Assembly: GCA_965197645.1 (NCBI GenBank)
Contig: OZ240219.1
Location: forward strand, 640,001-704,000
Direction: 5' to 3'
Source of the DNA: Dehalococcoidia bacterium
GTDB taxonomy: Bacteria; Chloroflexota; Dehalococcoidia; Plut-88900
DNA length: 64,000 nt
The first letter of the stretch is position 1. The number at the start of each line of letters is the position of its first letter. The translations under genes and the position numbers were made by a program. Shown here in pieces: positions 10,312-19,506 of the stretch. The notes beneath the pieces were generated by a model. That model searched no databases and was not told the origin of the DNA. It worked only from the letters and a program-made list of their open reading frames with translations.

Positions 10312-10713
10312 GTGCAGGACATGGACGCTCCGGCCCAGGAGGTCATCAAGGCCAACGACGGTTTCTACCGCGCCTTCGAGAGCCTGGACATCGAGAATAT
10401 GGCCCAGGTCTGGGTCCAGGACGATACAGCGAAGTGCATTCACCCGGGTTGGCCGGTAAAGCTGGGCTGGGAAGCCGTCAGGGACAGCTGGATCGCCATA
10501 TTCCAGAACACGGAGTACATGGAGTTCACCATCACCGACGTCAAGGCCCTTGTCACCGGCGACTTTGGTTGGGTCACCTGTACCGAGAACCTTCGAAGCG
10601 TGGCCGGGGGTCAGGAGAACATTGGCGTTGTCCAGACCACCAACTTGTTCGTCAGGCGTGGGGAGTCCTGGTTGATGGTCCACCACCACGGCTCTCCCAT
10701 CTACACCGGCTAG
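10312..10713 (+). CDS. SnoaL/NTF2-like protein
   Basis: ANDGFYRAFE, CIHPGW, VRDSW, TNLF, WLMVHHHGS. Start is 10312 (GTG) or 10321. Confidence 0.85.
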   Translation: MQDMDAPAQEVIKANDGFYRAFESLDIENMAQVWVQDDTAKCIHPGWPVKLGWEAVRDSWIAIFQNTEYMEFTITDVKALVTGDFGWVTCTENLRSVAGGQENIGVVQTTNLFVRRGESWLMVHHHGSPIYTG

Positions 10714-10725
10714 CTCCCCTTACCC

Positions 10726-11781
10726 TCAGTCCCAGATGCCCGGCAGCCGGGTGGCGCACTCAGGGCAGCGGCCTCCCGGGGCCAATCGATTCTCCAAGAC
10801 CCTGAATCCGAAACGCTCGATTACCGGGGTGCTGCAGCCGGGGCAGTAGGTGTTCTCGTAGCGGCCGACCATCCCCGGCAGGTTCCCCGCATACACAAAC
10901 TTCAGCCCCGCTTCGTACCCGATGTCCGCCGCGCGCACCAGCAGCCGTGCCGAGGTGTTGTCGGGGTCGGTCATCCTGTAGTCCTTGTGGAAAGCGGTCA
11001 CGTGCCACGGTATGTCCACCGAAAGGGAGGCGATGAACTCCGCCGCTTCCTTGATCTCCTCCGGGGAGTCGTTGAAGCCGGGCACCAGCAGAGTCACAAT
11101 CTCGACCCAGAAACCCATGCGTACCAGCGTCTCCAGCGTTTGCAGGACGTTGTCCAGCCGTCCCCCCAGCGACCTGTAGCCCTCTTTGGACATCGATTTC
11201 AGGTCGACCTTGTACCCGTCGACCCAGGGCTTCAGGTACTCCAGCACCTCTGGGGTGCCGTTTCCGTTGGACACGAAGGCCGTTCGAAGTTCCTGCTCTC
11301 TCGCGAGCTTGAACACCTCCACCGACCACTCGGCGGTTATCAGCGGCTCGTTGTAGGAGCTGGCGATTACCGGCGCCCCCAGGTCTACCGCATGCCGCAC
11401 CAGCTGCTCCGGGCTCGTTTCCTTGGGCGGGACCACCGCGACCGGGTCACGGATGGTCTGGGAAGTTAGCCAGTTCTGGCAGTAGCCGCAGTGGAAATCG
11501 CATCCCAGCATACCGAAGGTGAGGGTGTTGGAACCGGGCAGCAGGTGGTAGAAGGGCTTCTTCTCGGTGGGGTCGCACTGGAGGGCGCCTACGTAGCGCG
11601 TCGGAACTCGGAGGATGCCGCCCCGGTTGAACCTGACCTTGCAGATACCCCTGTGCCCATCGAAGATGACGCACCGGTGCCCGCAGGCGAAGCAACGCAG
11701 CTTGTCATTGGGCAGCTTCTCGTACAGCTCCCCCTCTTTGGTGAGGGCATCTATGACGCCGGCGAGGGTAGTAGTGGTCAA
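10726..11781 (-). CDS. amrS: AmmeMemoRadiSam system radical SAM enzyme
   Basis: N-terminal CFACGHRC..GICKVR, DPTEKKP, CDFHCGYCQNW (CxxxCxxC), SYNEP, C-terminal CPGC/CPEC. Confidence 0.9.
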   Translation of the reverse strand: MTTTTLAGVIDALTKEGELYEKLPNDKLRCFACGHRCVIFDGHRGICKVRFNRGGILRVPTRYVGALQCDPTEKKPFYHLLPGSNTLTFGMLGCDFHCGYCQNWLTSQTIRDPVAVVPPKETSPEQLVRHAVDLGAPVIASSYNEPLITAEWSVEVFKLAREQELRTAFVSNGNGTPEVLEYLKPWVDGYKVDLKSMSKEGYRSLGGRLDNVLQTLETLVRMGFWVEIVTLLVPGFNDSPEEIKEAAEFIASLSVDIPWHVTAFHKDYRMTDPDNTSARLLVRAADIGYEAGLKFVYAGNLPGMVGRYENTYCPGCSTPVIERFGFRVLENRLAPGGRCPECATRLPGIWD

Positions 11782-11936
11782 GTCCCGTGCCGCCTCCCTA
11801 CTGAGCCTAGAGCTACTCTAGCCGACAGGGATATGGGCCGTAAAAGATCGAGTTGGTCGTGTCGGTATCGCCGTCGGACGTTTCCAGGGCGTCTCCGGCA
11901 GTCATGGGTCTCCCCCTGAACGAGCCGATGCGCCGG

Positions 11937-13367
11937 CTACTCTTCTATCTTTAGCTGGCGGCGCACCTTCTCCGCCGCTCCCTCCCAATCGTACCCGCCG
12001 AAGGCCATCATCTTCTGGGCCTGGGGAGAGCCGGCCCCGTGGAGCTCCAGCACGTGGTAGTGGCCGGCGTACTCATCGGCCGCCTTGTCTCGGACGTAGT
12101 TGTACAGGCGGAGCCGCTGTTCCGCCGTCGCCGAGTCGCCGCCGTCCAGGTACTTCCTGAACGCGTCGTGCAGGTCGGGGTGCTTGTAGTCCGTCTCCCA
12201 AGGCTGGGTGGTGATGATGGCGCCACCGATATCGATCAGGTACTTGTACATCTCCATGATCTTATCGGTGAACAGGTACTTGCCCACGTTGGTGATAACC
12301 CCGTTGGGCACGGCCATGTTGTCCTGGTAGGTGGAGGTGATGGCCGCGGTCTGAACGAAGGCGGCCAGTGAGCTGGCCAGCATCGCCATCTCGAACAGGT
12401 GGTCCTTGATATGGGGTGCGCCCAGTACGCCGTTGTACTTGGCAAGGAGGTAACCGGTGCCGGCCATCATCTCGGCTTCGTGGGCCTGGCTGCACAGGGC
12501 CGAGTACCGGAGCAGCACGCCCAGCGTCCTGGCGATGTCCGAGGACAGCCAGTCCTCGCCATTCTGGATGACCCGCTCCCAGGGCACGAACACATCGTCG
12601 AACCAGACGAAACACTCTCCGCCGACGTTGCTGTGGCTGACGGGGTACTCCCACTCGGTGCCCGTCATCCTGCGGGGCCTCATGATCATCTTCACGCCGG
12701 GGGCATTGGGCGGTACGGCACAGCTAATCGAGTAGTCGGACTCATCCGGCTTCATCCGTTTCGTGGGCATGACGATGAGCTCGTGCATGAAGGCGGCATC
12801 GGTGATGTGGGCCTTCATTCCCCTGATCACGATGCCGTCGTCCCTCTCAGCCACCTTGTGGACGTACATGTCCGGGTCGTGCTGTTCCCCGGGGTGCTTG
12901 GCACGGTCCCCCTTGGTGTCAGACATGGCGATGGCCATTATCAAGTCTTCTTCTCTGAACCGACGGTAGAGCTTATCGACGTTCTCCTTGTACTGGGGGT
13001 AGGCTTCAGCCAGTTTGGGCGACACCAGGAACAGGGATAGGATGCTATCGCTGAGACCCAGGGCGCTGCTATAACCGTTCTCAGCGCCGATGGAGAAGGC
13101 CTTGGCCCGCCGGAGCAGGTCGTCCGAGTTCTGGGGCGGGATCAGGAACAGGTCGGAAGGCTCGCCCGTCTCCGGGTCGTCGGATATGAAGGTATCCCTG
13201 ACCTCGGGATTGTGGAACCGGGTGTAGGCGTGAGCCTGGTGGAGGGCGCCTTTCCTGGTGACGGGGTGCGTGACCACGTTATCGATCTTTTCACCATCGG
13301 CGTAAACGACCCGGCCGTCCTGGATGCTTTCCAGGTAGTCTTCAGGGGTCTTGAAGGTCTTTGCCAT
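11937..13367 (-). CDS. HpaB / 4-hydroxybutyryl-CoA dehydratase (AbfD)-like flavoprotein
   Basis: AMSDTKGDR, DGIVIRGMKAHIT, FDDVFVPWER, LELHGAGSPQAQ. Confidence 0.85.
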   Translation of the reverse strand: MAKTFKTPEDYLESIQDGRVVYADGEKIDNVVTHPVTRKGALHQAHAYTRFHNPEVRDTFISDDPETGEPSDLFLIPPQNSDDLLRRAKAFSIGAENGYSSALGLSDSILSLFLVSPKLAEAYPQYKENVDKLYRRFREEDLIMAIAMSDTKGDRAKHPGEQHDPDMYVHKVAERDDGIVIRGMKAHITDAAFMHELIVMPTKRMKPDESDYSISCAVPPNAPGVKMIMRPRRMTGTEWEYPVSHSNVGGECFVWFDDVFVPWERVIQNGEDWLSSDIARTLGVLLRYSALCSQAHEAEMMAGTGYLLAKYNGVLGAPHIKDHLFEMAMLASSLAAFVQTAAITSTYQDNMAVPNGVITNVGKYLFTDKIMEMYKYLIDIGGAIITTQPWETDYKHPDLHDAFRKYLDGGDSATAEQRLRLYNYVRDKAADEYAGHYHVLELHGAGSPQAQKMMAFGGYDWEGAAEKVRRQLKIEE

Positions 13368-13415
13368 CGGGCCTCCTCCGCGCAGGCGTGGAATGAATAC
13401 TGACTAGCGGAGTTC

Positions 13416-13483
13416 ATTGTAGTCTCGCCTTCTCGACCGTGTCAAAGCAAATTCTTGACCCTCTAACCTCGCCCACCTATACT
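13416..13483. promoter_or_regulatory. divergent sigma70-type promoters
   Basis: Minus strand TTGACA-N18-TACAAT (13445-13416); plus strand TTGACC-N17-TATACT (13455-13483). Confidence 0.6.
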
Positions 13484-13518
13484 CGACGAAAGGCCGTCCA
13501 GGCAGGAAGGGGAGACCG

Positions 13519-14265
13519 GTGAAGCCGCTAAGCTACTCCAAGATATCCACGTACCTCACTTGTCCCCTCAACTATCGATTCCAGTACATCGATAAGCTGC
13601 CCCGTAAGCCCAGGCACTACTTCAGCTTCGGCAACACGTTGCACCGGTGCGCTCAGCATTTCTTCAAGAAGGGGCGCAAAGCGCCTCCCAGCCTTGAGGA
13701 CTTGCTCGGCTACTACGAACAGACGTGGACTTCGTCGGGGTACAGGACCCGGGAGCACGAGGAGGCCGACAAAGAGCTGGGCCGGGAGATCCTGACCAAG
13801 TTCTGGGAGACCAACTCGAAGAGCTACCAGCCGGCCTTGGCCACCGAGCAATGGTTCGTCATCGATATCGACGGAGTGAGCTTTCGAGGATACATTGACA
13901 AGGTGGACATCTCTCCCAACGGCGGCCTGGTAATCATCGACTACAAGAGCGGCAAAGCGGAGATATCGAGGGAACAGGTGGAGAACAGCCTCCAGCTAAG
14001 CCTGTACCAGCTGGGGGTCGGCGGGCTCTGGCTCCTTCCCGTCGAGAAGCTGTCTCTCTACCACCTGCGAAGCAACTCCATGGTGGACGTCGGGCCGCGA
14101 GATCAACGGACGCTGGAAGAGACCCGGGAAACGGTGCACACGGTCTCGGAGTCGATCAAAGAAGAGAAGTTCGAGCCCCGGCTGAACTACTCCTGCCCCT
14201 GCGAGTTCGCCCAGTTCTGTCCCCTGTTCCAGAAGGAAGCGGCGACGGCCAATTCAACCGGCTAG
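13519..14265 (+). CDS. stand-alone PD-(D/E)XK (RecB/AddB-like) nuclease with putative Fe-S staple
   Basis: LSYSKISTYLTCP, FGNTLH, GYIDKVD, IIDYKSG, QLSLY, C-terminal CPCEFAQFCP. Confidence 0.88.
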   Translation: MKPLSYSKISTYLTCPLNYRFQYIDKLPRKPRHYFSFGNTLHRCAQHFFKKGRKAPPSLEDLLGYYEQTWTSSGYRTREHEEADKELGREILTKFWETNSKSYQPALATEQWFVIDIDGVSFRGYIDKVDISPNGGLVIIDYKSGKAEISREQVENSLQLSLYQLGVGGLWLLPVEKLSLYHLRSNSMVDVGPRDQRTLEETRETVHTVSESIKEEKFEPRLNYSCPCEFAQFCPLFQKEAATANSTG

Positions 14266-15074
14266 GCCATGGCTTTTCGCAGGCGGGACCAGAGCCGGCG
14301 TCCACGTTCGCTGAAGGCGAGTGCCCCGTCGGCCAGACCGGCCATCTCTTGAATCCGTCTCGCCGTATCCACCACCTCAAGGGCGGCAACCGGAGACCGA
14401 CTTCGCTCTCCGGGACCGGCTAGGGCCTCGGCTAGCTTGCCCAGTAGTCCTCGCTTGGTTCCTGGGCCCTCGCTCAGCTCTTTCCAGATCTCATCGATGG
14501 TGGTGCCCCTGACAAACGCGCCGCCCACCAGGACGGCGGCAACCAGGGGAGCGGGAGCCAGCACCAGCGAGTCCTTAAGCAGGTGTGGGGCGAGACGAAC
14601 GTAGCGTTTCGGTTCCTCGAAGAGCAGCGTACCGTCGGTGAGCAGGAGCTCGGCGATGGCTCGGACACCTGGAGATGCGGCGATGACTCTTGCCGCGGCC
14701 CATCGGCCCGCCTCGGGTAGGCGTTCCTCTACGACGGTTGAACCGACGATCTGGGCCACCGCGGCGCCGGTCAGATGGCTCAGGTCGAGGGTCAGAAGCT
14801 CCAGCGCTACTCGGCCCTTGTCGGCCCAGGCATCCCCGTCCAACAGGCTTACCAAGAATCTCCACCGGCCCGGAATAGCGGCATTGGCTGCGGGCACGAT
14901 CAATCGAAGGGTGACGTTTTCGAGGGAGGCGGTGGCATCGGGCGGGGGGGATATGCGGTCCAGGGAGTGTTCAAACCTCTTGGGAGAGGTCGTCAATGAT
15001 CCGTCGGTGTGTTGCTCGGAGAAGAGCAGGTCCAGAACTTGTGCCTGGGCCAGTATCCACAGTTGAGACCGCAT
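14262..15074 (-). CDS. hypothetical protein
   Basis: 270-aa open frame that fills the gap between two genes; no recognisable motif; start uncertain. Confidence 0.5.
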   Translation of the reverse strand: MRSQLWILAQAQVLDLLFSEQHTDGSLTTSPKRFEHSLDRISPPPDATASLENVTLRLIVPAANAAIPGRWRFLVSLLDGDAWADKGRVALELLTLDLSHLTGAAVAQIVGSTVVEERLPEAGRWAAARVIAASPGVRAIAELLLTDGTLLFEEPKRYVRLAPHLLKDSLVLAPAPLVAAVLVGGAFVRGTTIDEIWKELSEGPGTKRGLLGKLAEALAGPGERSRSPVAALEVVDTARRIQEMAGLADGALAFSERGRRLWSRLRKAMA

Positions 15075-15151
15075 TCTACCCCTCTGGGAGATGGAGAAGT
15101 CAGTACTTCGCCTGGGCCAGTATATCAAGAAAAGGGGTGTGGAGGGACGGC

Positions 15152-16363
15152 TCAGCCGCATACGTCCAGCGCCGTCAGAGCCAATACCCGGCTGCACAGC
15201 ACCATCTCATCGATGCTGCTGTAGTCGTTACCATAGCTGCCGCCACCCGGCCCGTAGATAGGGGCGGGGATGCCGGCCAGCCAGAGGTGGGCATCGTCGT
15301 CGCCGTAGCGTGCGCTGAGTTCCGAGGCCGGCAGCCCAATGGTGTTCGGCTCTTGGCCTGTCACCTTCCGGTAGCTGGCCGTCAGCGTCTGGACTATCTC
15401 CTCTTCCACTGGCATGTCCATGGGCGGGTGGTCCATGATCCAGGTGTTGAACCTCCGCTCGATGGGGTGCACCAGCTCATACTCGAAGTTGGGGGCCTCT
15501 CTTCGAAGCCGGTCCAGCGTCGCCTCGAGGTCTCTTCGGATGGTCTCGGCCGTCATTCCCGGCACGGTGCTGACGGCGATGAAAGCCGTGCACAGATCGG
15601 CGTTACGGCTGACGGACCTCATGTCGTAGGTCTCACCTCTCCCGCCGATTATCGACCCCACCTTCAGCCAGGGCAGCCCATTGACGTCCCAGGGCTCGAA
15701 GGTAAGCGGGGTACCGTAGATGGCGTCTATCGCCTTCATCATCTGGGGAATTGCGTCGACTCCCGTCACGTCGTCGCCCTCGGGATGCCGCCCTTTGACG
15801 TGCAGGGAAAATTTGGACATGCCGCCATGCTTGGTGACGATGTTGTGGGCGCCATAGGGCTCGGTTACCACGGCCATGTCGGTCCTGTAGCCCGATTCCA
15901 TCAGGTGGACCGTGCCGAGGCCACCCTGCAGCTCCGCCAGGACGCACCCGACCACCAGATCGCCTTTGAGCTGCGTTCCCGACCGACGAAGGGCCTCGGC
16001 GGCGTGGACCATCGAGGCGACGCCGCTCTTCATGTTGCGAATTCCCGCCCCGTACAGCCTGTCTCCTTCTACCCGGGGCTCGAAGGGGTTGCCGGTCTGC
16101 CCCGAAGCCAGGGGATTGTTGTCCAGGTGGCCGTTGAACATCAGGCTCCGGCCTCCCCCAGATCCCTTCAGGACGGCGACGGTCTGGTACCAACCCGGCT
16201 CCACCTCCTGGAGCTCGACCTCGTAGCCTCGTGCCGAGAAGTAGCTCGCCAGCCAGCGGGCCAGCGGCGTCTCGTCCCCTATCATGCTGGGAATCCGTAT
16301 CAGGTCCTTGCCCAGTTCAACCAGCTCCTGCCGGTCGATGTGCCCCAGTACGTCTTCAGACAT
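15152..16363 (-). CDS. M20 (ArgE/DapE-like) metallo-hydrolase, non-canonical ligands (paralog 1)
   Basis: FNGHLDNNP, YGAGIRNMKSG, LAELQGG, VTEP, YGDDDAHL. Confidence 0.88.
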   Translation of the reverse strand: MSEDVLGHIDRQELVELGKDLIRIPSMIGDETPLARWLASYFSARGYEVELQEVEPGWYQTVAVLKGSGGGRSLMFNGHLDNNPLASGQTGNPFEPRVEGDRLYGAGIRNMKSGVASMVHAAEALRRSGTQLKGDLVVGCVLAELQGGLGTVHLMESGYRTDMAVVTEPYGAHNIVTKHGGMSKFSLHVKGRHPEGDDVTGVDAIPQMMKAIDAIYGTPLTFEPWDVNGLPWLKVGSIIGGRGETYDMRSVSRNADLCTAFIAVSTVPGMTAETIRRDLEATLDRLRREAPNFEYELVHPIERRFNTWIMDHPPMDMPVEEEIVQTLTASYRKVTGQEPNTIGLPASELSARYGDDDAHLWLAGIPAPIYGPGGGSYGNDYSSIDEMVLCSRVLALTALDVCG

Positions 16364-16492
16364 AATCTGCCGCTTTCTTCGAGGATGGAGGCATGATACT
16401 ACAACGGATTCCTCGCCTGGGTACAGGCATTGGCACACCGCGGTTCGAAGAGCACAAGGTGACGAGACCACCTTCCAAGAGGTTTGGCCGCG

Positions 16493-17242
16493 CTAGAAGG
16501 GGATCAGGGCCGTCCCCAGGGCGATATCGGACATCAGAGCGAAGCCGAAGGCGACGCTGAACATCCCTGCGACGCCCGCCACGGCGGAGTTAATCCTCTT
16601 GAAACCGGCTCCGAGGGCGAAGGGCACTCCCAGAACGAGGGTGATGACCCCCATGGACAGAATGGTGCCGACGCCGAACATGAGAATGTAGCCCAGGCCC
16701 ACCCAGAAGGAGGAGATCTTGGGCAGCAGGAGCAGCATTACGGCGGCGCTGCCGGCTAGGCCGTGGACGAGACCTATCACATAGGACTTGGTGCGGAAGA
16801 AGGGCTTGCCCGGACTGAAAAACCCGTGAGGCGACTCCACCTCGGGTGCGTCGGTTCGATCGTGGGTGGCGTGGATGTGAACGTGGGGACCGCTATCGTG
16901 GCTGTGTTTGTGCACGTGGAGACGTCCCCGGCGCAGATTCCAGAACACCTGGGCGCCGAGGAATACCAGCATAATAGCCACGCCGAACTCGAACAGCGGG
17001 GCGACGGCATCGTACCGGTCCAGTACCGACTCTTTGAACAGGAGGATGATCACGCCCAGCACCAGCAGGGGCGTCGAGTGGCCGAGACCCCATGACCCCC
17101 CGACCCATATGCTCTTCCAGGCGTTACGGTGCTCGCCGGCTATAGTAGAAACGGCGACGACGTGGTCGGCATCGGTGGCGTGCTTCAAGCCCAGTAGGAA
17201 CCCAAGCGCCAGCGCCGCCAGGGCACCCGACTCGATATCCAC
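16493..17242 (-). CDS. NiCoT/UreH-like nickel/cobalt transporter
   Basis: KHATDADH (HX4DH), WGLGH, His-rich loop HVHKHSHDSGPHVHIH, GLVHGLAGSAA. Confidence 0.85.
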   Translation of the reverse strand: MDIESGALAALALGFLLGLKHATDADHVVAVSTIAGEHRNAWKSIWVGGSWGLGHSTPLLVLGVIILLFKESVLDRYDAVAPLFEFGVAIMLVFLGAQVFWNLRRGRLHVHKHSHDSGPHVHIHATHDRTDAPEVESPHGFFSPGKPFFRTKSYVIGLVHGLAGSAAVMLLLLPKISSFWVGLGYILMFGVGTILSMGVITLVLGVPFALGAGFKRINSAVAGVAGMFSVAFGFALMSDIALGTALIPF

Positions 17243-17354
17243 GGCTCAGTCCTCCCTCGGTTTTGCTATAGTCAAAATGCTCCTGCAACAAGTTGCAGGA
17301 GCATTCTAGTGCAACAGACACTTCGAGTCAACTGGTCTTCAGGGACAGCTTACC

Positions 17355-18575
17355 TCAGATAGCCCCCTCTTCTCGCAGGGCGGCCACGTCCTCGACAGAG
17401 TACTCGAGGAGGCCGGTCAGTATCTCCTCGTTGTGCTGGCCCAGGAGGGGAGCGTGGTCGAACACCTCATCCGTTCCGGGCATCTTTATCGGGTTGCCAG
17501 CGGCTTTGTACCTGCCGCTGACCGGGTGGTCTATCTCCACCACCATGTTCCGATGCAATATCTGGGGGTTTGAAGTAGCTTCGGCGAAGTTGTTGACCTT
17601 GCTGGAGGGCACGTCGCCGGCCTCCAACTCGGGTATCCACTCGTCTACGGTCTTCGTCCGGAACGCCCTGGACAGGGCCTCCTCCAACTCTTCCTTGTGC
17701 TCGATCCTCGACATCGGGGTCTCGAACCGGGAATCGTTGGGCAGGTCTTCGAACCCATCCACGCGAGATATCACCCTGGCCAGGTTTTCGTAGAACCGCT
17801 GTATGGGACAGCTGATCTGAACGTGCCGGCCGTCCTTGGTCTCGAAGGCGCCGATGGGCACGTTGGTCTGGTGTCCCGATCCCAGCGGCTCCGGCAGATT
17901 CCCGGAGACCAGGAAAAGCTGGCCGATGTGGGCCTGCAACGCGATCTGAACGTCCAACAGACTGACCGATATCTCTCGGCCCACTCCCGTCTGCTCACGA
18001 GCATACAGGGCCGCCAGAATGCCCTGGACGGCGTACAGTCCTCCACCGGTGTCTCCCATGGGATAACCCATAAGAAACGGCGGCGTGTCCCTGGTGCCGG
18101 TGATGCTCATCACCCCGCCCATAGCCTGGATCATGCCATCGAAGGCGGGCCTGTCCTTCATGGGCCCGCTGGTCCCGAAACCAGATATGGCGCAGTAGAT
18201 GATGCGGGGATTGACCGCCTTCATCACCTCGTAGCCCAGGCTCAGCTTGTCCATCACCCCCGGCCGAAAGTTCTCGAAGACCACGTCGGATACCGTCACC
18301 AGCTCCTTGAATATCTTCTTGCCCTTCTCGTGCTTCAGGTCCAGGGTGACGCCCTTCTTGTTGCGGTTGATGCCCAGATAGTAGGCGCTCTCGCCCTCCA
18401 GGAAGTAGGGTGGAAACCGACGGCTGGAATCGCCAACTCCGGGCTGCTCGATTTTGATGATCTCGGCGCCCAGGTCGCCCATAACCCTAGCGCCGAAGGG
18501 CCCGGCGAGAGCCTGGGTCAGATCGAGTATTCGCACCCCTTTCAGGGGACGTTGGAGGTTGCTATCGTTTGTCAT
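17355..18575 (-). CDS. family III CoA-transferase (CaiB/BaiF)
   Basis: LAGPF..LGAEIIKIE, NRNKKG, ENFRPG, GFG, catalytic Asp in PMGDTGGG. Confidence 0.92.
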   Translation of the reverse strand: MTNDSNLQRPLKGVRILDLTQALAGPFGARVMGDLGAEIIKIEQPGVGDSSRRFPPYFLEGESAYYLGINRNKKGVTLDLKHEKGKKIFKELVTVSDVVFENFRPGVMDKLSLGYEVMKAVNPRIIYCAISGFGTSGPMKDRPAFDGMIQAMGGVMSITGTRDTPPFLMGYPMGDTGGGLYAVQGILAALYAREQTGVGREISVSLLDVQIALQAHIGQLFLVSGNLPEPLGSGHQTNVPIGAFETKDGRHVQISCPIQRFYENLARVISRVDGFEDLPNDSRFETPMSRIEHKEELEEALSRAFRTKTVDEWIPELEAGDVPSSKVNNFAEATSNPQILHRNMVVEIDHPVSGRYKAAGNPIKMPGTDEVFDHAPLLGQHNEEILTGLLEYSVEDVAALREEGAI

Positions 18576-19368
18576 CTTTGTGTCTTGTCAGCCTCTTGGC
18601 CTCCTGCCACAGCCCCTCCTGCTCCGATTCGGAGAGCTGTTTCAGGTCCAGGCCCCGTTCTCTACACATCTTTTCCATCGTGGTGAACCGGCAGTAGAAG
18701 CGGTCATTGGCCCCGCGTAACGCCGATTCCATATCGATCTCCAGCTTGCGGCCCACGTTTACCAGCGTCGCCAGGATATCCCCCATCTCCTGCTCCTGCT
18801 CGTCCTTGGAGCCGGCTTGTTGAAGCTCCTCCACCTCTTCTCTCACCTTGTCCAGCACCCCGTCCATGTCCTTCCAATCGAACCCGGCGTTGGCGGCCCT
18901 GCGGTGTATCGATTGGCTGTGGGCCAGCGCGGGCATCTGCTTGGGGACACCGTCCAACACGGATCCGCCGCCCCTCTCTCGTTTCTTGTTGGCCTCCCAG
19001 TTGGACTCGACCTCTCGTGCGGTGGATGCGTCATCATCGCCGAAAACGTGGGGATGACGGCGCACCAGCTTGTCGGTCAGGCCGGTGACCACGTCGTCGA
19101 TGGTGAACTCGTCGGCCTCGGCGGCTATCTGCGAGTGGAGCATTACCTGCAAGAGGAGGTCGCCAAGCTCGTCTCTCAGCTTACCCGGCTCGCCTTCATC
19201 CAGCGCCTCCAGGGCCTCGTAGCACTCTTCGAGCAGGTAGTTCTTGATGGATTGGTGCGTCTGGTCCCGGTCCCAGGGGCACCCTTCGGGCGAGCGAAGG
19301 TGGGAGATGACCCCGGTCAGGGCATCGAAAGGGGACTGCTGGGCGTTAGTAGACAATGATAAGCTCAC
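18562..19368 (-). CDS. mazG: nucleoside triphosphate pyrophosphohydrolase MazG
   Basis: GCPWDRDQT, EECYE, ELGDLL, RRHPHVF, second domain EMGD. Confidence 0.93.
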   Translation of the reverse strand: MSLSLSTNAQQSPFDALTGVISHLRSPEGCPWDRDQTHQSIKNYLLEECYEALEALDEGEPGKLRDELGDLLLQVMLHSQIAAEADEFTIDDVVTGLTDKLVRRHPHVFGDDDASTAREVESNWEANKKRERGGGSVLDGVPKQMPALAHSQSIHRRAANAGFDWKDMDGVLDKVREEVEELQQAGSKDEQEQEMGDILATLVNVGRKLEIDMESALRGANDRFYCRFTTMEKMCRERGLDLKQLSESEQEGLWQEAKRLTRHKDDKR

Positions 19369-19506
19369 TCAGGGTGCAGGTGCTGGGGAACGTAGCCAGA
19401 TTATAGATAGCGGGCAATTGGGGGTCAACCCGAACGGTTTTGCTCTATTCTTTACAGGTCGAATAAGGCCTGCTCGATGTGATCCCCGGCCGGTACGGTT
19501 CGAGTT

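Noticed and set aside
13519-14265. Cas4 / CRISPR adaptation module
   Set aside because: No cas1, cas2 or array nearby; generic PD-(D/E)XK features only.
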